NCBI GenBank assembly: GCA_964351885.1
Contig: CAYGPP010000001.1
Location: 95,911-159,910, forward strand
DNA: 64,000 bases
From: an uncultured Marinoscillum sp.
Lineage (GTDB): Bacteria > Bacteroidota > Bacteroidia > Cytophagales > Cyclobacteriaceae
Direction: 5' to 3'
Part shown: in pieces, positions 40,443 through 48,264 of the stretch
Layout of the letters: every line of letters begins with the position of its first letter
Position numbering within the stretch: position 1 is the stretch's first letter
Position numbers and translations under genes: made by a program
Notes under the pieces: generated by a model
Databases searched by the model: none
What the model was told of the DNA's origin: nothing
Seen by the model: only the letters and a program-made list of their open reading frames with translations

Positions 40443-40709
40443 ATGAGTTGCGAACACTTAGATGCCATCGGAGAAATAAAGGAGGCAAAAGCTTACGAAT
40501 GTGAGGAGTGCGTGAAGACGGGAAGCAAATGGGTTCACTTGCGTACCTGTCAAACCTGTGGCGTCACGCTCTGTTGTGATTCCTCTCCCAAGACCCATAT
40601 GACGAAGCACTATTATACCCATAGTCACCCAATAGCCTCGTCTGCAGAGCCAGGAGAATCTTGGGTATGGTGCTACGGGCATCAGCAGATTAAGAAACAG
40701 AAAATATAG
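40443..40709 (+). CDS. UBP-type zinc-finger (zf-UBP) domain protein
   Basis: CEHL...CEEC...WVHLRTCQTCGVTLCCDSSPKTHMTKHYYTHSHP is the characteristic zf-UBP Cys/His pattern. 88 aa. Confidence 0.8.
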   Translation: MSCEHLDAIGEIKEAKAYECEECVKTGSKWVHLRTCQTCGVTLCCDSSPKTHMTKHYYTHSHPIASSAEPGESWVWCYGHQQIKKQKI

Positions 40710-40782
40710 GTCAGCGATAACCCGAACGTGATATGGTCTCTTCGAGCTTCAATAGACTCATCACGCTCAGGAGGAATAAGAC

Positions 40783-42855
40783 CTACTCTACCATCAAACT
40801 CAAGGCGAATCCCCCAGCTTCTGCCATTGTGAAAGTGAGCTGATCTCCTTTGGTTATTGCTTGTTCTGTAATTGAAATAGCAGTTGGATTACCGATGTAC
40901 TTGGTTTCTTCTGTGTCTTGGTAAACCTTCGCTGTATAGGTTTTGCCTTCTTCTAAGAAATCAAAGGTCACCGTAAAGTCGCGCGAGATCTCGTCAGTGA
41001 TTCCTCCAACAAACCAGTTATCACTTCCTTTTTCCTGACGAGCAATGACTACAAAATCTCCTACCTCTCCATCTAGTACTATCGTATGCTCCCAGTCCAC
41101 TGCCACATCTCTGATAAACTGAAAAGCCGGCTGGTCTTTGTAATACTGAATCAAGTCTGCCGCCATTTGGATTGGGCTATAGATCACCACATAAAGGGCG
41201 AGCTGCTGTGCTAGTGTAGATTTGATTGGGTGATCCTCCTTGAAGGGCAACAAGCTCAAGTTGAATATCCCTGGAGTGTAATCAATCGGTCCGGCAAGCA
41301 TTCTTGTAAATGCAACTATTGGCAAGTGATCTGGTGGAGATGCTCCTCCATCTGCCCAAGCATTGTACTCCTGACCCCTTACACCTTCCCTTGATATTTC
41401 GTTGGGATAGGTTCTTCTTTTTCCGGTGGCTTTGATTGGCTCATGCATGTTGATGGCCACTTTATACTTTGCGCCATACTCTACAGTTTTTTGATAGTGA
41501 TTTACCATCCATTGTCCGTGGTGATACTCTCCATCTGGGATGACCGTACCTACATATCCTGTTTTTACCGCGTGGATACCTAGTTTTTCCATTAATTGAT
41601 AGGCAGTATCCATGCGCTCTTCATATCTTCCCACAGACCCGGAAGTTTCATGGTGCATGAATAATCCCACTCCTTTTTCTGCACCATATCTTGCCACTTC
41701 CTCGATATCATAATCTGGATATGCCGTGGTAAAATCAAAGATCGTATCACGCATGTCTGGATGAGTCCATGTTTCCCAGCCCGTATTCCACCCTTCAACT
41801 AACACTCCGCCAAGACCATTCTCAGAAGCGAAATCTATTAGCTCCTTCGTGTATTCTGTAGTAGCCGCATGCTTACCACTTGCTAAATCCCAGCTCTTGA
41901 TACCGAGATGCATATCCCACCAAATACCAAGGTATTTCACAGGTTGGAACCAATCGGAAATGTCACTAACTACATTGGGGTCGTTGAGATTAACGATCAG
42001 TTTAGACTCAATAAGGTCTCCGGCGCGGTTGGCTATTTGCACTGTTCTCCAAGGCGTATTGAATGGAGCTTCAGTTTTTACCTTGACGCCACTTTTGTTT
42101 CCGACCAGTTCGCTTACCATATTTAAGTTTTCGGTATCTACTTTAAGCGTCATTCCAGCGTAATTAGTAAGGTCAGCCTCGTGAAAGCTTAAGTAAACTC
42201 CCTCAGCCGTCTTCATAGTCACGGGGGTATTAACTGCATTTTCTGGAATGTAAACCTGACCCAAATGATCACCAGCTATGAACTTAGACTTTGCGTCAAT
42301 TTCAGAAAATGGCGTAGTGTTGTAGAGATATTCGTAGATGTCCCAATCTCCTGGAATCCACCATACCTTGTGATTGGCAGTCAGGTTAAACGCTGAGTTT
42401 TCATCCATGATCACCACCCCATTAGCGAATGCGGCTTGTTCGGGAAACTCGTACCTGAAGCCAATTCCATCATCAAACACTCTGAATACAAGATCGAAAT
42501 TCCGTTTTGGTTCCACTTGCTCTTGTAGTCTTATTCGCAGTTGATTGTAATTGTTGTCGACTAGTCTTTGCTCACCCCAAGACATTTCCCAAGTCTCCTC
42601 AAAAGAAGTTATCCCAGCTGACATTACTACAAGGTTTTCTCCTAACCGGGGTTGGTTTTCGAAATCAAAAGACAAGTAAGAAGTATCTATTTGAACCTGA
42701 TTCTTATATTTTATCAAATAAGCCGGTCTTCCATCCTGAAACAAGAAGCTGACAGATATAGAGTCATCTGGAGATTTGACATCCCAAGATTGATTTTTGG
42801 TACCGCAGCTAGCCACCAAGGCGATGACAATTAGAAATAAAGAGGCTTTTTGCAT
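40783..42855 (-). CDS. glycoside hydrolase family 97 lipoprotein (alpha-glucosidase/alpha-galactosidase type)
   Basis: Lipobox LVASCG. Size and blocks (GIWWDMH, VKTGYVG, HEPIKATGxRRTYPN, REGVRGQEYNAW) are typical of GH97. Confidence 0.85.
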   Translation of the reverse strand: MQKASLFLIVIALVASCGTKNQSWDVKSPDDSISVSFLFQDGRPAYLIKYKNQVQIDTSYLSFDFENQPRLGENLVVMSAGITSFEETWEMSWGEQRLVDNNYNQLRIRLQEQVEPKRNFDLVFRVFDDGIGFRYEFPEQAAFANGVVIMDENSAFNLTANHKVWWIPGDWDIYEYLYNTTPFSEIDAKSKFIAGDHLGQVYIPENAVNTPVTMKTAEGVYLSFHEADLTNYAGMTLKVDTENLNMVSELVGNKSGVKVKTEAPFNTPWRTVQIANRAGDLIESKLIVNLNDPNVVSDISDWFQPVKYLGIWWDMHLGIKSWDLASGKHAATTEYTKELIDFASENGLGGVLVEGWNTGWETWTHPDMRDTIFDFTTAYPDYDIEEVARYGAEKGVGLFMHHETSGSVGRYEERMDTAYQLMEKLGIHAVKTGYVGTVIPDGEYHHGQWMVNHYQKTVEYGAKYKVAINMHEPIKATGKRRTYPNEISREGVRGQEYNAWADGGASPPDHLPIVAFTRMLAGPIDYTPGIFNLSLLPFKEDHPIKSTLAQQLALYVVIYSPIQMAADLIQYYKDQPAFQFIRDVAVDWEHTIVLDGEVGDFVVIARQEKGSDNWFVGGITDEISRDFTVTFDFLEEGKTYTAKVYQDTEETKYIGNPTAISITEQAITKGDQLTFTMAEAGGFALSLMVE

Positions 42856-43153
42856 TGGGTACTTGGGTTGGTTAATGGTGACGAAGTTAAACTCGGATTA
42901 TTCGTTAGAAAAATGAATAATTGACAAAAATGCTGGGAATAGCATTTTGTCAGGGTTAACCGCTACGGCCGTCCAGGCATTTGAGAATCACCAAATAGGG
43001 AATTCATAAAATACTTCACTGACGGATTTTCAGATCGTCTGTTTATGCAATAGGTCTCTATTGCATAATTGCGGTTAAAGAATCAAAATAGAAGAAAACG
43101 CGCCTATCCTTTGAAAATGCGCATTTTTTAATCTTCGAATGAAACTCAACTGA

Positions 43154-44005
43154 TTATCTGATATGATAGTCTGGAGTATTAATGGGAAAGCTCATTACTG
43201 GTACATTCACACGATTCACAATCGTTTCGGTAAGGCTGCCAACGAACGCTCTTGAGAGTCCTTTTCGGTGATGTGTTGCAATAGCTATCAGGCTATTGAG
43301 ATGTGTCTGACAATAATGCTCTAGACCTTCTTCGAAAAACAGAGCGTCAATGACCTTTACTGAACCGAGGTGATTTGAAGCGAGTGCGACGAAACTTTCC
43401 ATCCGCTCTTCAATAACCCAAGATCTTTTGAACTCTGAGGGAGTATTGATATGCAGCAAGTGAATCTTGGCTCCAATTTGTTCTGCAAAACTTACCACAT
43501 GCTCAAAAGGAGGAATCATTTCATCGCGAAAATCTGAAACGAACAGGACATCAGGAGCGTCTAAATATTCAACTTTGTTCTTGATTACCAATACTGGGAT
43601 TTCAGAGTTCCTCACCACGAATTGTGCGTTGGTTCCAATGAATAATTCTTTGGCTCCCTTAGCGCCGTGCGATCCCATGACAATTAGGCTAATGGCTTTT
43701 TCATTGGCGTATTTGGTAATGGCTTCTTTAGAGTTATCATAGTTTAGATGCGTAACGCAAGTCAACCCTTCTAGCTCAACTTTCTTGGCTAGCTCCTGAA
43801 GCTGTTGGTTTACCTGATCTTTCTGCTCAGACAACTTTGGGAACACCAAGTTTTGAGAGAAGTCGAGATGAGCCCAATCAATTGGAACGTTGAGCGCATG
43901 ATACAAGTGCAATTCGGAATCAAACTTCCTCCCAAGCTTGATAGCTACGTTTAAAGCATGTTCGGCACACTCCGAAAAATCTGTGGGGACAAGGATATTT
44001 TTCAT
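43154..44005 (-). CDS. universal stress protein (tandem Usp domains)
   Basis: MKNILVPTDFS... and G(S)HG motifs in both halves. Confidence 0.85.
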   Translation of the reverse strand: MKNILVPTDFSECAEHALNVAIKLGRKFDSELHLYHALNVPIDWAHLDFSQNLVFPKLSEQKDQVNQQLQELAKKVELEGLTCVTHLNYDNSKEAITKYANEKAISLIVMGSHGAKGAKELFIGTNAQFVVRNSEIPVLVIKNKVEYLDAPDVLFVSDFRDEMIPPFEHVVSFAEQIGAKIHLLHINTPSEFKRSWVIEERMESFVALASNHLGSVKVIDALFFEEGLEHYCQTHLNSLIAIATHHRKGLSRAFVGSLTETIVNRVNVPVMSFPINTPDYHIR

Positions 44006-44106
44006 AACATTAGACTTTTTCTTGATGCAATGAATGTACTCCAGATGTCACATTTAAAATATGATGATCGTCAGCAGAGGGAGAGATTTACATCAAATAA
44101 ACGAAC

Positions 44107-44994
44107 CTATTTCGAAGCTCTCTTCTTCCAATACCGAATAAGTCCGGCGACACTCATCCAACTTGGGTTAGCCGCTGCGTATTGCTTTACGCCAAGTTCA
44201 TTGACTCCTTGAGCCCGGAGCTGATTGGCAGTATATTCTGAAAACGCAGGGGTAATCTCCTCAGCGGTTAGCCCACTTTCCCATTTGGCTTTTACCCACT
44301 GTGCCCAGTCGTTTAGAATAATCCTGAGTGCTGAGATATGTTTTTGCACATTATGGACAGCATCAAAGTGCGTGAGATAAAGTTGCGTGGCGCCCGAGTC
44401 AAGGATGATATCCAACGATGCGTTCCAATCCTCTAGATTGATATCTGGTGGAGGACATGGAGGAACAACCGGACCTTCTCCGATTTTCACGCCCGCTACA
44501 TCTCCTGTGAATATTACATCTTCAAGTTGCCATGCTATGTGATGCTTGGCGTGTCCAGGGGTGTGGAGTGCTTTGAAAGTTTTGTCACCCAGTGTCACCT
44601 CTTCCCCATGAGTAGGAGAGATGATTTGGTCTGGTGCGATATTTTCCATTATACCCCATAGTCGTTCCATTTCCTCACCATAGATCATCTTGGCAGAATT
44701 GTAAAGTTTGGAAGGCTCAGCGAGGTGTGGTGCTCCAAATGGATGTACATAGATCTTTGCTCCATATTTGGCGAAAGCCCAAGCGGCTCCAGCATGATCA
44801 AAGTGGATGTGCGTGAGTAATACGTGCTTAATATCTGAGACCTGAAACCCGACCTTTTGAATAGCAATGTCCAAATTTGAAAATGTGGAATACGGTCCTG
44901 TTTCAATGAGTACTGGACCATCGTTGGTTTCTATAAGGAATGAACCGATGGCTTCCTGAAGACCGAGGAACTGAAGGTCTAGTGTATGGATCAT
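44107..44994 (-). CDS. MBL-fold metallo-hydrolase
   Basis: HxHxDH motif LTHIHFDHAG, plus downstream His and Asp ligands. Confidence 0.85.
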   Translation of the reverse strand: MIHTLDLQFLGLQEAIGSFLIETNDGPVLIETGPYSTFSNLDIAIQKVGFQVSDIKHVLLTHIHFDHAGAAWAFAKYGAKIYVHPFGAPHLAEPSKLYNSAKMIYGEEMERLWGIMENIAPDQIISPTHGEEVTLGDKTFKALHTPGHAKHHIAWQLEDVIFTGDVAGVKIGEGPVVPPCPPPDINLEDWNASLDIILDSGATQLYLTHFDAVHNVQKHISALRIILNDWAQWVKAKWESGLTAEEITPAFSEYTANQLRAQGVNELGVKQYAAANPSWMSVAGLIRYWKKRASK

Positions 44995-45076
44995 GAGGAG
45001 GGATTTGTTGTTAATTAATACATAAATTTATCGCATAGATGGGAGACCCCCATAATAAAGGAGAGAAGAGCGCATC

Positions 45077-45559
45077 ATGATAAAGGAATACTTTCAAGAT
45101 TTTATGCCCGAAAATGTATGTTTTGGATGTGGTAAGCGCAATGATGAAGGGCTTCATGTCAAAAGCTACTGGGAAGCTGACGATTCTGTCTGCGTATGGA
45201 ACTCAGAAGAAAAGTATCATGGCTGGGCTAACCTACTGAACGGAGGGATCATGGCTACCATCATAGATTGTCATTGTATGTGCACATCTATGGCAGATGC
45301 TTATCGAAGAGAAGGCCGGTCTCTTGACTCTTCTCCTGAGTATAGGTATGCAACAGGGACAATCACGGTTAAGTATCTCAAACCCACACCTAACGACAAG
45401 CCTATCATACTTCGAGCGAAAGTGACTGAGGTAAAAGGAAAGAAGACGGTGATGACTTGTGAGGCCTCAGTGAATGGAGAAATTACAGCTGTGGCAGATG
45501 TCATTGCGATTAGAGTTTTTGATAGTTCTATTAACAAAGGAAACAACCCTTTCAAGTAA
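45077..45559 (+). CDS. hotdog-fold (PaaI-like) thioesterase
   Basis: CFGCG N-terminal motif, GGIMATIID core, about 160 aa. Confidence 0.7.
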   Translation: MIKEYFQDFMPENVCFGCGKRNDEGLHVKSYWEADDSVCVWNSEEKYHGWANLLNGGIMATIIDCHCMCTSMADAYRREGRSLDSSPEYRYATGTITVKYLKPTPNDKPIILRAKVTEVKGKKTVMTCEASVNGEITAVADVIAIRVFDSSINKGNNPFK

Positions 45560-45589
45560 TATTGAGTCAATAAAGAAAACACAAAGAAT

Positions 45590-46378
45590 ATGCATCCAGA
45601 ACTTTTTACTATTGGCGGATTTACCATTCATGGTTATGGCTTCATGATTATGCTCGGGGCGATTGTAGGGTATTTTTATATGTCCACTACCGTCAAGAGA
45701 GACCTGAATATTGAGCCGGAGAAAATTCAGAATCTTGCCATTTTCGTTATTCTCGCAGCGTTTATTGGTGGTAAGCTTTTCTTTTATTTTGAAGACCCTA
45801 GTTATTATTTCAGCGAACCTTCACGCATGGTCAAGGGCTTTAGGACGGGATTTGTTTTTTACGGCTCATTGCTCTTTGTAATACCGGTAACCGTCTGGTA
45901 TTTCCGTAAGGAAAAATGGCCTGTCTGGCCAATGATGGATAGACTGGCGATTACTGCTTGTCTCGTACATATTTGTGGAAGAATGGGCTGTTTCTTAGCA
46001 GGATGCTGCTATGGTTTGCCAACGGATAGTCCACTCGGTGTTACTTATACTGATCCTGTCAGTCAGGCAGAACCACTCGGAGTAGCACTACATCCAACCC
46101 CACTTTATGAAATAACGATGATCTTACTCGTGTTGGTGGTGCTCATCATGGTCAAGCGGCACAAGAGATTTGATGGTCAGCTATTTATGGTTTACATCAT
46201 TTTGTATGCCATCGGCAGATCGGTTATCGAAATATTCCGCGGAGATGTAAGACGTGGGTTTATTATTGACGAGGTATTATCTCACTCCCAGTTTATATCC
46301 TTGCTGATAATTGCTGGTGCCGCTGGAATGTATATGTATTTGAAGAGGAAACAGAACCTTAAGAAAAAAGGAAGATAG
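45590..46378 (+). CDS. lgt: prolipoprotein diacylglyceryl transferase
   Basis: GYGFMIMLG..., GRxGCFLAGCCYG, HPTPLYE, and FRGD motifs. Confidence 0.9.
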   Translation: MHPELFTIGGFTIHGYGFMIMLGAIVGYFYMSTTVKRDLNIEPEKIQNLAIFVILAAFIGGKLFFYFEDPSYYFSEPSRMVKGFRTGFVFYGSLLFVIPVTVWYFRKEKWPVWPMMDRLAITACLVHICGRMGCFLAGCCYGLPTDSPLGVTYTDPVSQAEPLGVALHPTPLYEITMILLVLVVLIMVKRHKRFDGQLFMVYIILYAIGRSVIEIFRGDVRRGFIIDEVLSHSQFISLLIIAGAAGMYMYLKRKQNLKKKGR

Positions 46379-46387
46379 TCTGAAAGG

Positions 46388-47269
46388 TCATCCCTTCACT
46401 TTCACCTTCAAACCAGCTTTCACGAGTCCAAACTCAAACGGTGGCTGACCAAAAGCTTCACCGTCTATGTGCGACTGGAGTTGTAAGTTGGCTTCAATTG
46501 TAAGTGTATCGCAGGTGTAAAGAGAGACAGCTTTCAACGCAGCATGAGTACCTCCTTGCAAGCGGTGGATATTGAGAAACCTCTTGATACCGCTAATTTT
46601 ACCTATTTCACAGACGTGAAGTTTGCCATCGTCAAGTTTGGCATTTGGGGCTAGAACAAAACTTCCGCCAAAAGTGGAACCTTTGGAGATGCATAGAAGA
46701 ATCAAATCGTTACTTCGCTTTTCATCATTTACTTGATAGCTGAATAGTCTTGATTTGTAAGTGGCCAGAATACTTAGGACGTGATAATAATATTTGGCTG
46801 GCCCTTTGAGAATAGATTTCTTACCGAGCATGTCTGCTACGATCTGCCCATCGAAACCGACACCAACCCCATTGAGAAATTTACGACCATTGCAAACACC
46901 AACATCGACGGATATGATTTTGCCCTTGTCCAAAATATGGAGTTGCTCGCGCAGAGAATCTCCTAAGTTGAGCATTTTAATATAGTCGTTCCCTGTGCCA
47001 TTTGGGATGATAGATACTGGGACGTCATGGTTTAGCCCGTTGATGGCCTCATTGATGGTGCCGTCTCCACCAATGATTACTAGATCAGTAAAAGAGGCAT
47101 CAAAATTTTTCTCTACGGTCTTCCAAGCATTTCTTGATTTCTGCGTTAGAAAAACTTCGTATTTAAACCGCTTATTAGTGAAGAAGTCGACCAGTTCGTT
47201 GAGAATATGATCAAGCCTTTTACTATTGCCAGAAGCTGGATTGGCGACTACAAAGAATTGTCTTTTCAC
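46388..47269 (-). CDS. diacylglycerol/lipid kinase (YegS/BmrU family)
   Basis: NPASG, GGDGTINE, and PNGTGND motifs. Confidence 0.85.
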   Translation of the reverse strand: MKRQFFVVANPASGNSKRLDHILNELVDFFTNKRFKYEVFLTQKSRNAWKTVEKNFDASFTDLVIIGGDGTINEAINGLNHDVPVSIIPNGTGNDYIKMLNLGDSLREQLHILDKGKIISVDVGVCNGRKFLNGVGVGFDGQIVADMLGKKSILKGPAKYYYHVLSILATYKSRLFSYQVNDEKRSNDLILLCISKGSTFGGSFVLAPNAKLDDGKLHVCEIGKISGIKRFLNIHRLQGGTHAALKAVSLYTCDTLTIEANLQLQSHIDGEAFGQPPFEFGLVKAGLKVKVKG

Positions 47270-47302
47270 GATATGAGGTTAGTGGATCACTAATGATAGT
47301 CC

Positions 47303-48250
47303 TTAGAATGGAAGATTTTCTAAGTCAACGTTTCCACCTGTCAGGATTATGCCCACTTGTTTCCCTTCGAATTTCTCTTTGTTTTTTAATAAAGCGGCAA
47401 AAGGCACCGCACAGGAAGGCTCGATGATAATTTTCATTCGTTCCCAGATAATACGCATGGCGTCAATAATTTCTTCTTCAGAGACGGTGATGATCTCTTT
47501 CACATGCTCTTTGATGATCTCAAAGTTTCGTGTACCAATAGTCGTTCTCAATCCATCCGCGATGGTGTTGACACGCTTATTCGGGACAATCTTTCCTTTT
47601 TTGAGTGATTGATAAGTATCGTCAGCTCCTTCAGGTTCAGCTAGGATCACTTCCATGTTAGGATCCAACATATTGGCGACCAAAGCGGTGCCTGCCGCTA
47701 AACCTCCACCACCTACTGGGACCAAAATAACCTCTAAAGATTCTACTTCTTCAATAAACTCTTTAGCACAAGTTGCTTGACCAGCTATGATTCGGTAATC
47801 ATCAAAAGGAGGGATGAAAATCGCTCCTGTCTTTTTAATGATAGCATCACAAGTTTCAGAGCGTGACTTGTCATTTGGCTCACAGAGAATGACTTCCCCT
47901 CCATAGTGCTTAGTTGCCTTTATTTTTACACTTGAGCTGTTTTTGGGCATGACGATGTAGGACTTGGTACCTGCTAACATGGCTGCTAGGGCCACCGCTT
48001 GGGCATGGTTTCCTGATGAGTGAGTGGCAAAACCATTTACTCTTTCTTCCGGCCTAAAACCCATAATCATATTGGATGCTCCTCGCATCTTGAAGGCACC
48101 CACCTTCTGAAAGTTTTCGCACTTGAAGAACACATTGCACCCAGTCATTTCGTCAATAGAATGAGAGGTCATCACTTGTGTTTGGGTGATAAAATTGGAG
48201 ATACGCTGATGCGCTCTTTTAATCTCGCTTAGGTTAGGTGCTTTTTCCAT
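47303..48250 (-). CDS. PLP-dependent threonine/serine dehydratase family enzyme
   Basis: PLP-Lys motif KCENFQKVGAFKMRGA, SSGNHAQA, and glycine loop PVGGGGL. Confidence 0.85.
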   Translation of the reverse strand: MEKAPNLSEIKRAHQRISNFITQTQVMTSHSIDEMTGCNVFFKCENFQKVGAFKMRGASNMIMGFRPEERVNGFATHSSGNHAQAVALAAMLAGTKSYIVMPKNSSSVKIKATKHYGGEVILCEPNDKSRSETCDAIIKKTGAIFIPPFDDYRIIAGQATCAKEFIEEVESLEVILVPVGGGGLAAGTALVANMLDPNMEVILAEPEGADDTYQSLKKGKIVPNKRVNTIADGLRTTIGTRNFEIIKEHVKEIITVSEEEIIDAMRIIWERMKIIIEPSCAVPFAALLKNKEKFEGKQVGIILTGGNVDLENLPF

Positions 48251-48264
48251 TTGAATAATTACTA

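Noticed and set aside
43114-43127. AAAATGCGCATTTT palindrome followed by T-run
   Set aside because: The stem is only about 5 bp once a loop is allowed, and no co-directional gene ends upstream. Too weak to call a terminator.
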